Positions 28,427 through 38,464 of a stretch of DNA of 64,000 bases are shown here, in pieces. Source of the DNA: Lentisphaeria bacterium (GTDB lineage Bacteria; Verrucomicrobiota; Lentisphaeria; JABSQK01; JAWLHB01). Location of the stretch: positions 1-64,000 of the forward strand of contig JAWLHB010000030.1 in the NCBI GenBank assembly GCA_041690595.1. The letters run 5' to 3'. The notes beneath the pieces were generated by a model. It did no database searches. It was not told where the DNA came from and saw only the letters and a list, made by a program, of their open reading frames with translations. Made by a program: the position numbers and the translations under genes. Each line of letters starts with the position of its first letter. Position 1 is the stretch's first letter.

Positions 28427-29167
28427 TCAGCTCCCCTCGTCGAGCGGTTCGACCGGTTCGAGTGGCCAGATGACCACGTCGATCTCCGGGCAGTAAAGCA
28501 CACTCGGGTGTTGATCGCCAACCGCAATGAAATTGGTGAGATTGTTCTCCCTGATCTCGATCTCCGCTCGCTGCAGAGGCCACTGACGATGATGAATTTC
28601 ACCTCGATAGAGGTTGCCCTGGCGGTCGGCGCTATAGAGGCAGTAGCGCTCGGTGCACCATGCATCGAAGGAGTCGAAGGTCGGGTGAATGTCCTCTCCC
28701 GGTCGATAGATCGCGTCGAAGCGGCTCTCGCGCCCACGCACCTTGTAGGCGACTTCGTTCAGATCGCGCTTCATTCCGATCCGCGCATACCGATACGGCA
28801 GGTGATAGAAGGCGCGTGCCACCCACACGGCCAGACGATTGGGAACGTCCAGACTGAAAAACCAGACCCCGTGCTTCCCCCCATGCCGCACATAGGTTCG
28901 CACGTTGATCTCCGGAAAATCGGAAAGCCACGAAATCGCCGGAAAGGGGCGCCGCATCACCCCCTCCATGTCAAAGGGTACGATCCCTATCCACGCCTTA
29001 TCGTCATAGAGATCCAGCTCGAGACCAGCCGGCAGCAGGCGCTGCAACTCATCCGGGTCAACCTCCCAGTGCACAAAGCAGAGGTCGAGCCATGCCTGAG
29101 TCCATGCCCAGGGTCGGCTCAACAGGGGCCAGGGACGATGATCGGTTTCCGCGAAGGCTGGATGCAT
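28427..29167 (-). CDS. DUF2071 / YqjF family protein
   Basis: HRPWPL, Q.WLDLCFVHW, WIGIVPF, FPEINVRTYV, GVWFFSLD, TERYCLY. Confidence 0.9.
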   Translation of the reverse strand: MHPAFAETDHRPWPLLSRPWAWTQAWLDLCFVHWEVDPDELQRLLPAGLELDLYDDKAWIGIVPFDMEGVMRRPFPAISWLSDFPEINVRTYVRHGGKHGVWFFSLDVPNRLAVWVARAFYHLPYRYARIGMKRDLNEVAYKVRGRESRFDAIYRPGEDIHPTFDSFDAWCTERYCLYSADRQGNLYRGEIHHRQWPLQRAEIEIRENNLTNFIAVGDQHPSVLYCPEIDVVIWPLEPVEPLDEGS

Positions 29168-29376
29168 GAGAAGAAGAGGGGGAAAAAATGGGGTTCCCAT
29201 ACTTTAAACCCTTCACCCGACAATAGCGAAGCCCACGAAGGTTTGCCAGTCAACGCGTGGCCCATGCCGGTGGGACGTATGCACATCGATTTCTTCAAGA
29301 ATAGCTTGCAGCATCGCCGTGCGTAAGCTATCGTTATTATAGAATAAGAACACAAAACAACATACCGGAGAGATCG

Positions 29377-30936
29377 ATGTCTGGCAGTTTCACCAAGGTG
29401 GCGCGATCACTGGATGCGTTGATTGGCGGCGAAGGCTGCATCGCGGCAGCTCGCGCGCAGGCATGGCTGAGCGGTAATTCGGAGTTGGAACTGCAGGCGT
29501 TGGCCCGTGAGCCGGTGGATTTCTACCCGCAAAGCTTTCAGGATCGGCTGCATGGACTGTTGGGGCAGGTGGGGCAGCAGGTGGTTGCCCCGCTGACACA
29601 TGCGGCCGCTGGAGCGACCACCCACAAATTTGCCGCCGCAACCAACCGTGAAGCCTCGCCGATCAGCGGGCTGGGCTACTATCGCATCGGTGAAGATGGG
29701 CGGCTTTACGTGATCTCCAAGAGCGAGCATTACCATGTCCCACTGGGCCATGGTTTCCCAGGCTACCGGCTCCTGGAACATGCGCGGCGACTGGGCATCC
29801 CGAATGCGACGCATAACAACACGCGTGGCTTCATTACCAGATTACTGGAAGAGCGGCTGGTGCGCGCGGCCAACGGTTTGGGGGAAGCCCACGATCTGGC
29901 GCCGCTGTTGGCGCAAAGCCGTCCGCGGGTGCTCAACCGGGTGCTCAACCTGGAAACGGGCAGTCTGGCCTGCGAGGCAGCGCTCAAAATGATGCTGGCG
30001 CGCTTCTATCGTATCGAGACGGTCAGCGAGCGGCCACCCTATGCGGGACGTACGCCCGTGATCCTGGTGATCGGCAATGATGATGGCGAGATTGTCGGTA
30101 ACTATCACGGTACGACCATCCTGACGCAGACCCTCCGCGGCATGTGGCCGGAACTCGCGGCTGGAGCCGAGCGGCAGGGACTTTACAGCATACGGGCGGT
30201 GCGGCCCAACTGCATCGAGGATCTCGAGGCTGCTTTCGTGGAAGCGGAGCGGGCTCCCTTCAAGCTGGCAGGCTTCTTCCACGAGATCATCATGATGAAC
30301 TATGGCGCCCGGCGTCTCTCTGAAGGCTTTCTGCGGCGCGCTTATGAGCTCTGCGCGGAGCATGATGTGCCCGTGGCGGTTGACGAGATTCAGTCATGCA
30401 TGTGGTACGACGGCTTCTTCCTCTTCCGCGAATACGGCCTGAAGCCTGACTTCGTGACCCTGGGCAAAGGCTTCCCAGGCGGCGAGTATCCGGCTTCCCG
30501 GCTGATCTTCAGCGCCGCTTACGATACCATGCCCCAGTTCGGGGCGCTGGTGACGAATGGCCAGGAGGAATTGGCCTCCCTCGCCTATCTGGTGACGATG
30601 GAGTGGGCCGCGGTCAACGGTTCGGCAATTCGCGCCATGGGAGCGCAGATCGAGAATGGCCTGCGGGAGCTGGCCAGGCGCTTCCCTGATCGCTTCAGCG
30701 GCTACGAAGGGCAGGGCCATCTGTCCGCGCTGTCGTTCCATGATCTCCCTGGCGCCCAGGCCTTTGCTCGGGCCGCTACAGCGGCCGGCTACGATATCGG
30801 CGTGCAGACCTATAAGCCAGATTGCCCCCCCGTTGCGCTGACGAAGCTCCCGGTCATTGCCGACGAGGCGCTCCTTGAGGCGATGCTTGGCACCATGCAT
30901 GACATACTGGCGGCTCACTGCGTTGCGGTTGCATGA
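29377..30936 (+). CDS. Class-III PLP-dependent aminotransferase-fold enzyme (divergent)
   Basis: TGSLACEAALK, NYHGTT, VDEIQS and PDFVTLGKGFPGG (PLP lysine). GGAG RBS. Confidence 0.85.
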   Translation: MSGSFTKVARSLDALIGGEGCIAAARAQAWLSGNSELELQALAREPVDFYPQSFQDRLHGLLGQVGQQVVAPLTHAAAGATTHKFAAATNREASPISGLGYYRIGEDGRLYVISKSEHYHVPLGHGFPGYRLLEHARRLGIPNATHNNTRGFITRLLEERLVRAANGLGEAHDLAPLLAQSRPRVLNRVLNLETGSLACEAALKMMLARFYRIETVSERPPYAGRTPVILVIGNDDGEIVGNYHGTTILTQTLRGMWPELAAGAERQGLYSIRAVRPNCIEDLEAAFVEAERAPFKLAGFFHEIIMMNYGARRLSEGFLRRAYELCAEHDVPVAVDEIQSCMWYDGFFLFREYGLKPDFVTLGKGFPGGEYPASRLIFSAAYDTMPQFGALVTNGQEELASLAYLVTMEWAAVNGSAIRAMGAQIENGLRELARRFPDRFSGYEGQGHLSALSFHDLPGAQAFARAATAAGYDIGVQTYKPDCPPVALTKLPVIADEALLEAMLGTMHDILAAHCVAVA

Positions 30937-31005
30937 CTGAAGTGAAGCTGGCGACTTGATGCGCGGCGACAGGACGGCACTTTATTGCAACCCAAGGAAC
31001 CGCCG

Positions 31006-32055
31006 ATGCCCCATAGTCTCCAGAATACATGTGCCGCGTTGGCGCCGGGCAAGTTGATTCTGAGCGGCGAGCATGCAGTGGTACATGGACAGCCGGCGCT
31101 CGCCGTCGCGGTGGATACCCCCACCCGGGCTATCGTCAGACAAGCCGAAGGAGAGGGATTGACGGTGTTGATCCCGCGTTTGCGGCGAGTTCTGCAATAT
31201 GGGGTAGGGCAGATGCGGAACCTCGCGCCACGGCTGGAGGCGCGGCACGCGGAGTTTCTTGCCTGCCGGCGGCCGATCCGGGAGGTGCTCGATGATCCCT
31301 TCGACCTGATCGCCTACGCCGTCGCGCGGGTGGCCCGGCGGGTCGAACGGGAGGTGAAGCGTTGCCAGGTGGAGGTGGAGATCGGGCCGCCCCTGGGATG
31401 CGGGATGGGATCGTCGGCAGCGGTTGGGCTGGCGGTACTGGCGGCCGGAGGATGCTGGTTCGGGGGGCGGCGACTGGACTTGGCGGAGTTGATCGAAGAG
31501 AGCATCGCCGTGGAGCAGCTGCAGCATGGAAACCCCAGTGGTGTCGACAGCTTTGTCTGTGCATGCGGGGGTGCCTGTCGCTATACCCGCGGCCAGCCGG
31601 GAGTGCCGGTTCCCCTGCCACCGCTCTCGTTGCGGTTGGTGCATACGGGGACGCCGGAAAGCACGACTGGTGAATGCGTCTCGCGCGTTCGCGAAACGCA
31701 CGGCAAGAGCGCCATCTGGGAGCAGTTCGGAGAGATCACAAGAGAGGTCGAGGAGGCTTTACTGCGTGAGGATCAGAACGCATTGTTGGCGGCAGTTCGG
31801 CGGAATCATCGTCTGCTGGTTGAAATAGGAGTAGTGCCGAAGCGGGTTCAGGCATTCATCGTGGAGCTTGAGAGAGTCGGTCTGGCGGCGAAAATATGCG
31901 GGGCCGGTGCGGTTGGTGGAGCCGGTGGTGGTATGGTATGGGTAACTGGCAGCTCGCCGCCCGATGCACTCTGCCGCTCTTTCAACTATCAACCAATCAA
32001 CCTGCAGGTGGACCAGCATGGCACGCGCATCGTGGACGGTTTCGGCGCCCGGTAA
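31006..32055 (+). CDS. mvaK1: Mevalonate kinase (GHMP)
   Basis: APGKLILSGEHAVVHG, PLGCGMGSSAA, HGNPSGVD, NHRLL..IGV, AKICGAG. Confidence 0.85.
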   Translation: MPHSLQNTCAALAPGKLILSGEHAVVHGQPALAVAVDTPTRAIVRQAEGEGLTVLIPRLRRVLQYGVGQMRNLAPRLEARHAEFLACRRPIREVLDDPFDLIAYAVARVARRVEREVKRCQVEVEIGPPLGCGMGSSAAVGLAVLAAGGCWFGGRRLDLAELIEESIAVEQLQHGNPSGVDSFVCACGGACRYTRGQPGVPVPLPPLSLRLVHTGTPESTTGECVSRVRETHGKSAIWEQFGEITREVEEALLREDQNALLAAVRRNHRLLVEIGVVPKRVQAFIVELERVGLAAKICGAGAVGGAGGGMVWVTGSSPPDALCRSFNYQPINLQVDQHGTRIVDGFGAR

Positions 32056-32947
32056 GCTGATGGTGCTGGGGGAGCATGCGGTGCTGCATGGGCGGCAATG
32101 CATCGTCGCCGCGGTCGACCAACGCCTGTCGGTACGGTTGGATGCCCGCGACGACGACCGGGTGCGCGTGCAGTCGGCCCTTGGTGACCATGAGACGACG
32201 CTGGGGGAGTTGGCGGATGGGGCGAACTGCCGCTTTGTCATGGCGGCCCTGAGGGAGAGCCGTGAGCTTCTGGGGGGAGGCCTCGATGTCACCATCGATG
32301 CCGGCTTCTCCAACAAAGTGGGGCTCGGATCGTCGGCGGCGGTGACGGCGGCCACGCTGGCGGCTTGCCAGGCGATGCGTGGCGAGCCCCTGAATCCCGC
32401 CGCTCTGCTGGTGGCTGGCCTGCGGGTCATCGATGCGGTTCAGGGAGGTGGCTCCGGCGCCGATCTTGCCGCCAGCATTCATGGTGGCGTGCTCCTCTAC
32501 CGCCGGGAACCGCGACTCGCGACGCGCCTGGCGGATACCTTCCCGCTGACTGTGGTCTACTCCGGCGTCAAGGTGTCCACGGTCGAAGTCATGGCGCAGG
32601 TCAAGGCGCTTCGCCAGCGCCATGCCAGCGTCTTTGACCACCTGTACGATGCCATAGAGGCGACAGTGATTGCCGGTGCCCGCGCCATCGAGGAGCGCGA
32701 CTGGCGACGCTTCGGGGAACTGATGACGATTGCCGCTGGTCTCATGGACGCTTTGGGTGTCTCCACACCCGACCTGACCCTGCGGCTTCACCACTTGCGC
32801 CAGACCACCGGAATCTACGGCGCAAAGCTTTCCGGCGCGGGTCTCGGCGATTGCCTGATCGGCCTCGGAACAGGTACACCACCGCCATCGGCAGGAGAAC
32901 CTCTGCCGCTCACCGTCAGTCCCATTGGAGTGAGAATAGAATCATGA
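32018..32947 (+). CDS. mvaK2: Phosphomevalonate kinase / second mevalonate-kinase-like GHMP kinase
   Basis: SAPGKLMVLGEHAVL, GLGSSAAVT, VQGGGSGADLAASIHGG, AKLSGAGLGDC. Lies between MK and MVD. Confidence 0.75.
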   Translation: MARASWTVSAPGKLMVLGEHAVLHGRQCIVAAVDQRLSVRLDARDDDRVRVQSALGDHETTLGELADGANCRFVMAALRESRELLGGGLDVTIDAGFSNKVGLGSSAAVTAATLAACQAMRGEPLNPAALLVAGLRVIDAVQGGGSGADLAASIHGGVLLYRREPRLATRLADTFPLTVVYSGVKVSTVEVMAQVKALRQRHASVFDHLYDAIEATVIAGARAIEERDWRRFGELMTIAAGLMDALGVSTPDLTLRLHHLRQTTGIYGAKLSGAGLGDCLIGLGTGTPPPSAGEPLPLTVSPIGVRIES

Positions 32948-33933
32948 CCAAAGCTGAAGTTGTTGCCACCATCGTTCCACATCTGGATGCCGCACCAGGC
33001 GCCTCGGGAGAAGCCTTTGCCCCCGCCAATGTCGCGCTCATCAAGTATTGGGGCAAGCGAGACGATCTGCTCAATCTGCCCGTCACCGACAGTCTCTCGG
33101 TCTCCCTTGGGCGACTCGGCACCACCACCCGCGTCACGACTGCCGATGTGGATGATTTCACCCTCAATGACCGGCACATGCCCGCCGACGATCCCTTCTC
33201 CCTGCGCCTGACCAGCTTCCTGGACCATTTCCGGCCCGCGCAGGTGGGCTTTCGCGTGACCACAACCAATACGGTGCCGACAGCAGCCGGCTTCGCCTCC
33301 TCAGCCAGTGCCTTTGCCGCGCTGGTGAAAGCTCTGGACAATCTGTACGGCTGGCAGTTGGAGAAACGTCAACTCTCCATCCTGGCGCGGCTTGGCAGCG
33401 GCAGCGCCTGCCGCTCCGTCTATGACGGCTTTGTCCATTGGCATGCAGGTACCTCGACCGATGGCAGCGACTCGTATGCCCAGCAGCTCGATACGACATG
33501 GCCCGGGCTGCGAATCGGGGTGATCGCGATCAGCAAGGAACAGAAGAGCATCGGCTCGCGCCCGGCGATGCGCGCCACCCGCAAGGAATCGATCCTCTAT
33601 CGATCCTGGCCCGACAAGGTGAGACAGGATCTCTCATCCCTGAAAACCGCGCTTGCCACCTTCGACCTGCCGATGCTGGGACAGGTCGCGGAATCCAACG
33701 CCCTGTCCATGCATGCGACCATGCTGGGAGCCTGGCCGCCGATACTCTACTGGCAGCCGGCGACGGTGGCCACGCTGCAACGCATCTGGCGGCTGCGCTC
33801 CGAGGGGCTGCAGATTTATGCGACCATGGATGCTGGGCCGAACATCAAACTACTTTTCGACGCGCAGCAGACCGACATCGTCAGCGGGCACTTTCCGGAA
33901 ATGACGGTTGTGGCGCCATTTGCCAATGCATGA
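32944..33933 (+). CDS. mvaD: Diphosphomevalonate decarboxylase
   Basis: ANVALIKYWGKRD..LNLP..DSLS, PTAAGFASSAS, RLGSGSACRS, TMDAGPNIK. Confidence 0.95.
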   Translation: MTKAEVVATIVPHLDAAPGASGEAFAPANVALIKYWGKRDDLLNLPVTDSLSVSLGRLGTTTRVTTADVDDFTLNDRHMPADDPFSLRLTSFLDHFRPAQVGFRVTTTNTVPTAAGFASSASAFAALVKALDNLYGWQLEKRQLSILARLGSGSACRSVYDGFVHWHAGTSTDGSDSYAQQLDTTWPGLRIGVIAISKEQKSIGSRPAMRATRKESILYRSWPDKVRQDLSSLKTALATFDLPMLGQVAESNALSMHATMLGAWPPILYWQPATVATLQRIWRLRSEGLQIYATMDAGPNIKLLFDAQQTDIVSGHFPEMTVVAPFANA

Positions 33934-34573
33934 GGTTTCTTTCAAGGGTTGGGGATTGCTGATACTGCTCATGGCGTTGATCGGCTGTACGGCCGACATT
34001 ACCCGCGAGAACGAACAGAATCCGTACTATCAGAGCGGGTTGGAACTGCAGGAGGCGGGGCGCCACAAGGCGGCGGCCGAGGCTTTCCGCGAGTGCCTGA
34101 AGTACAGCCCGTCCTCCTACAAGGCCCACCTGCAACTGGCCATGCTCTATGAAGACAGCCTTCAGGACCTGCCGCGGGCGATCGTTCATTACCGGGACTT
34201 CCTTGCGATGGCGCCGAAGTCCGAAAATGTCGCCGTCGTGGCCGGATTCCTGGAGCAGGCGGAGATCAGTTACCTTGCGCAGCTTCGTAAGCGATATGGC
34301 GATGAGGTCAATGGGCCTCCGCCCTCTGCCAGCCTGCCGCCGATCATCGAGTCGCCCAGCATACGTCCTCCCGCCCCTCCGAAACCGGTCAGTACGCCGA
34401 CCGTCGCCGCCGCAACCTATGCGGTCCAGTCTGGAGACACACTTTCCGCCATTGCCCGGCGCGTCTATGGCGATCCCGAACGCTGGCGAGAGATTTATAC
34501 CGCCAATCGCCATCAGCTGAGCGCACCCGATCAGCTCAAGGTGGGCATGATCCTCAACCTGCCTCCCCGGTAA
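33926..34573 (+). CDS. TPR plus LysM domain putative lipoprotein
   Basis: Lipobox-like LMALIGC; TPR helices AHLQLAMLYE..AIVHY; LysM YAVQSGDTLSAIARRVYG..IYTAN..LKVGM.L.LP. Confidence 0.85.
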   Translation: MHEVSFKGWGLLILLMALIGCTADITRENEQNPYYQSGLELQEAGRHKAAAEAFRECLKYSPSSYKAHLQLAMLYEDSLQDLPRAIVHYRDFLAMAPKSENVAVVAGFLEQAEISYLAQLRKRYGDEVNGPPPSASLPPIIESPSIRPPAPPKPVSTPTVAAATYAVQSGDTLSAIARRVYGDPERWREIYTANRHQLSAPDQLKVGMILNLPPR

Positions 34574-34580
34574 GCCCTCG

Positions 34581-36101
34581 ATGATCGATCTCGACAACTA
34601 CCTGACCCGCATCCTCACCGCCCGTGTCTATGCCCCGCACGCGGCGCGCGAAACACCCCTCGACTTTGCGCCGCGGTTGTCGACCCGGCTCGAGAACCGC
34701 CTGTACCTCAAGCGCGAGGATCTTCAGGCTGTATTTTCCTTCAAGATTCGGGGCGCCTACAACAAGATTGCGCGCTTGGATCCCGAGGTACGGAGCCGCG
34801 GCGTGATCGCGGCCAGCGCCGGAAACCACGCTCAGGGGGTTGCCACGGCGGCACGCGCCTTCAACTGCCCCGCCCTTATCGTGATGCCAGCCCAGACACC
34901 GGAGATCAAGGTTGCGGCGGTACGTCGTCTCGGAGCAGAGGTGATTCTCACCGGCGAGAGCTTTCAGGAAGCGTACGCTCACGCTGTGGTGGAAGCGCCA
35001 CGGCGCGGTATGGCCTTCATCCATCCGTATGATGACCCAGAGGTAATTGCGGGGCAGGGGACCGTTGCCATGGAGATTCTGCGGCAACATACGCAGCCTA
35101 TCCACGCGATCTTCATCTGTGTCGGCGGCGGCGGGCTGGCGGCGGGAATCGGAGCCTATGTTCGCCGACTCTTCCCCGAGGTGAAGCTGATCGGCGTCGA
35201 GCCGACGGATGCGGCGAGCATGCACGCAGCCTTCAAGGCCGGGCACCCGGTCGCCCTGCCGCACGTCGGCATGTTCGCCGACGGGGTCGCCGTGAAGCAG
35301 GTGGGCGACGAGACATACCGGATCTGTCGCCAAGTGCTGGATGAAATCATCCTGGTGGACAACGACGCCATCTGCGCGGCAATCAAGGATATCTTCGAAG
35401 ACACCCGCAGCATCGTCGAGCCGGCGGGTGCTCTGGGCGTGGCTGGAGCCAAGGCTTACATTGCGGCGAACGGGGTGCGGGACAAGTCGTTCGTCGCCAT
35501 CTGTTCGGGTGCCAACATGAACTTCGACCGCCTGCGATTCGTGGCGGAGCGGGCGGAACTCGGGGAAGCGAGGGAGGCATTGCTTGCCGCCCATATTCCG
35601 GAGCAGCCCGGGAGCTTTCGCCAGTTCTGCCGCCTGCTGGGTAACCGCAACGTGACCGAGTTCAACTATCGCTTTCACGATGACAGCCAGGCGCTTGTCT
35701 TCGTGGGAGTGGCGATCCGAGGCCATGCGGAGGGAGCGGAGCTGGTGGCCAGTCTTGCGGAAGCGGGTGTGCATACCCTCGATCTCAGCAACAACGAAGT
35801 GGCCAAGCTCCACGTGCGCCACATGGTCGGCGGGCGCAATCCGAGCCTGGCACACGAGCGGCTGATCTGCTTCGAGTTCCCCGAGCGACCCAGCGCGCTC
35901 ACCCATTTCCTCGACTCGCTGAAGCCCGATTGGAACATCAGCCTCTTCCATTACCGCAATCAGGGTGGCGATATCGGCCGCGTGCTGGCGGGCATTCAGG
36001 TGCCACCCCAGGACGATGCCGCATTTCGCGAATTCCTCGATCAGCTACACTATCCAAGCGTCGATGTGACCGACGATCCGGCCTGCCAACTCTTCCTGTA
36101 G
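34581..36101 (+). CDS. ilvA: Threonine ammonia-lyase, biosynthetic
   Basis: LKREDLQAVFSFKIRGAYN, ASAGNHAQG, VGGGGL, SGANMNFDRLRFVAER, two regulatory domains (FEFPERP, SLFHYRN). Confidence 0.97.
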   Translation: MIDLDNYLTRILTARVYAPHAARETPLDFAPRLSTRLENRLYLKREDLQAVFSFKIRGAYNKIARLDPEVRSRGVIAASAGNHAQGVATAARAFNCPALIVMPAQTPEIKVAAVRRLGAEVILTGESFQEAYAHAVVEAPRRGMAFIHPYDDPEVIAGQGTVAMEILRQHTQPIHAIFICVGGGGLAAGIGAYVRRLFPEVKLIGVEPTDAASMHAAFKAGHPVALPHVGMFADGVAVKQVGDETYRICRQVLDEIILVDNDAICAAIKDIFEDTRSIVEPAGALGVAGAKAYIAANGVRDKSFVAICSGANMNFDRLRFVAERAELGEAREALLAAHIPEQPGSFRQFCRLLGNRNVTEFNYRFHDDSQALVFVGVAIRGHAEGAELVASLAEAGVHTLDLSNNEVAKLHVRHMVGGRNPSLAHERLICFEFPERPSALTHFLDSLKPDWNISLFHYRNQGGDIGRVLAGIQVPPQDDAAFREFLDQLHYPSVDVTDDPACQLFL

Positions 36102-36113
36102 CCCATCGGCGGG

Positions 36114-36866
36114 CTAATCGGCAATCAGCAGCTCGAGGCGATCGGCGATCCAGGCGCGATGCTCGGGAGCGAGGGCGGCATCCACGATGGCGCAGTCGAT
36201 GTCCTGCCAGTCGGCGAAGCGAACGAAGGCTTGGCGGCCGAACTTCGAGTGGTCGCTGAGGAGCATGCTGGAGGCGGCATGGCGGAGCATGGTGCGAGAG
36301 ACGCGGGCAATGTGCGGATCCGTCGTCATCAACCCCGTTGCATCAGCCGCGTCGGTCCCAATGACGGCGAGATCGACATGAAATCGGCAGAGGTTGTCTT
36401 CGGTCAGTTCGCCAAAGAGGTCCGGCTGGTCGTTGCGGGTCTGGCCGCCCAGCAGGATGAGTTCGATATTGGGCATGGGGTGGAGAACCGCGGCGACGGG
36501 AAGAGAAGAAGTGAGAACGCGCAGTTTCTCATGGTGAATAAGCGCGCGGGCCAGCTCCAGCGTAGTGGTCCCCGTATCCAGGGTAATGGCGCAGCCGCTG
36601 GGAATGCGCGCGGCGGCCATTCTGGCGATGGCCTGCTTGGCGCCGAGCATGGCAGCTTCGCGCTGCCGGAAGGTGAACTCGATACGCCCGCGACGGGCTA
36701 GAATGGCCCCTCCATGGGTTCGCTCGACCAGCCCCTCGCCGGTCAACGCGTCAAGATCCCGGCGAATGGTCACGGGCGTGACGCTGAAGCGTTCCGCCAG
36801 ATCGAGGACGGGAACCTCACCGTGATCGCGAAGCAATTCGAGAATCTGATCGTGTCGGGGATGCAT
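36114..36866 (-). CDS. DeoR/GlpR family transcriptional regulator
   Basis: RHDQILELL..LAERFSVTPVTIRRDL..RTHGGA; LDTGTTT; DHSKFG. Confidence 0.93.
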   Translation of the reverse strand: MHPRHDQILELLRDHGEVPVLDLAERFSVTPVTIRRDLDALTGEGLVERTHGGAILARRGRIEFTFRQREAAMLGAKQAIARMAAARIPSGCAITLDTGTTTLELARALIHHEKLRVLTSSLPVAAVLHPMPNIELILLGGQTRNDQPDLFGELTEDNLCRFHVDLAVIGTDAADATGLMTTDPHIARVSRTMLRHAASSMLLSDHSKFGRQAFVRFADWQDIDCAIVDAALAPEHRAWIADRLELLIAD

Positions 36867-36991
36867 GATAACACCAGTAGTGCCACTGCCGCTGGATTTC
36901 CAGTCATGGCGCAGGCTTGATTTTGGCGACGGGTTCTTCATATAGTACTTGCCCGATCTGATTCCTCACCCTACAGAGGCAGTGCTGCTTC

Positions 36992-38458
36992 ATGTCTTCC
37001 AGCAAACCGCATATACATACCGTCGGCGAGCTGCGTGCCGGTGGCTCCACCTACCTTTCCGTCAAAGACGAGATGCGCCGAAACCTGATGGCGCGCATAC
37101 GCGCTGGTGGCGCCCTTTTTTCCGGCATCATCGGCTACGAAAATACCGTGATCCCGGCCCTTCAGAACGCCATTCTTTCCCGCCACAACATCATCCTCCT
37201 TGGCCTGCGCGGTCAGGCCAAAACGCGTATTGCCCGCGCCATGGCCGGCCTTTTGGACGAGTGGACGCCGGTCATCGCCGGCTCACCTCTCAACTGCCAC
37301 CCCTTTCATCCCCTTTGCGTCTATTCACGGCGCCTCCTGCAGGAGAAGGGCGACGAAACGCCCATTGACTGGCGCCACCGGAGCGATCGCTACCAGGAGA
37401 AACTGGCGACACCCGATGTCTCGATGGCGGATCTCATCGGCGACATCGATCCGATCAAGGCCGCGCGCGAGAAGCGGGATCTCACGGATGAGGAGGTGAT
37501 TTCGTACGGCATCATTCCCCGCTCCAATCGCGGCATCTTCACCATCAACGAGCTGCCCGATCTCCAAGCCAGGATCCAGGTCGGTCTGCTCAACATCCTG
37601 GAAGAAAACGATCTGCAGATCCGCGGCTTTCCGGTGCGCATACCCATGGATATGGTTCTGGTCTTTACCGCCAACCCGGAAGACTACACGAACCGGGGCA
37701 ACATCATCACCCCACTCAAGGACCGGATCGACTCGCAGATCCTCACCCACTATCCCCGGTCGACGGCGGAGGCCGCGCTCATCACCAACCAGGAGGCCTG
37801 GCTGGAGCGGGATGGTCAGCGAGCCCGGGTGCCCGCCTTCTTCCAGGAGGTGATCGAATCGGTAGCCTTTGTCGCGCGGGAGTCGGAACTGGTCGACCGC
37901 TCATCGGGTGTGAGTGCCCGGCTGACTATCTCGCTGATGGAGAACCTCGTCAGCAACATCGAGCGGCGCAACCTGATGACGGGTGAGGAGAAGCTGGTGC
38001 CGCGGGTGAGTGACCTGATGGCCGCGGTGCCGGCGATTACCGGCAAGATCGAATTGGCGTACGAGGGGGAGCGGGAGGGACTCTCGCTGGTCGCCCACAA
38101 TCTGGTCGGACGCGCCATCAAGAAGGCCTTCCGGCAGCACTTCCCCCGGATGGAGGAAGACGACGAGCAACCCGCGGCGGCGGACCCGGTCTTCGGGCGC
38201 ATCATCCACTGGTTCGCGGGCCATCATGCCATCGAGGTCGCCGACGATACTCCCCTCGACGAGCATCTGCGGCAACTGCGCCAGGTGCCGCGGTTGGAAG
38301 AAACCGCGCGCGAGTACCTGAAGCCGACTGACAATGCGGAACTGGCCTTGGCCATGGAGTTCATCCTGGAGGGACTGCACCAGGAAGACATTGTCTCCAA
38401 GGAGAACCTGGACGGACTGCACCGCTATACGAGCATGTTGGCTACGCTGCTTGGTTGA
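36992..38458 (+). CDS. Mg-chelatase subunit I-like / MoxR-related AAA+ ATPase
   Basis: Walker A GLRGQAKT, EKLATPD..ADLIGDIDP, INELPDLQARIQVGL, TANPEDYTNRG, DRIDSQILTHYP. Confidence 0.85.
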   Translation: MSSSKPHIHTVGELRAGGSTYLSVKDEMRRNLMARIRAGGALFSGIIGYENTVIPALQNAILSRHNIILLGLRGQAKTRIARAMAGLLDEWTPVIAGSPLNCHPFHPLCVYSRRLLQEKGDETPIDWRHRSDRYQEKLATPDVSMADLIGDIDPIKAAREKRDLTDEEVISYGIIPRSNRGIFTINELPDLQARIQVGLLNILEENDLQIRGFPVRIPMDMVLVFTANPEDYTNRGNIITPLKDRIDSQILTHYPRSTAEAALITNQEAWLERDGQRARVPAFFQEVIESVAFVARESELVDRSSGVSARLTISLMENLVSNIERRNLMTGEEKLVPRVSDLMAAVPAITGKIELAYEGEREGLSLVAHNLVGRAIKKAFRQHFPRMEEDDEQPAAADPVFGRIIHWFAGHHAIEVADDTPLDEHLRQLRQVPRLEETAREYLKPTDNAELALAMEFILEGLHQEDIVSKENLDGLHRYTSMLATLLG

Positions 38459-38464
38459 GGCGCC

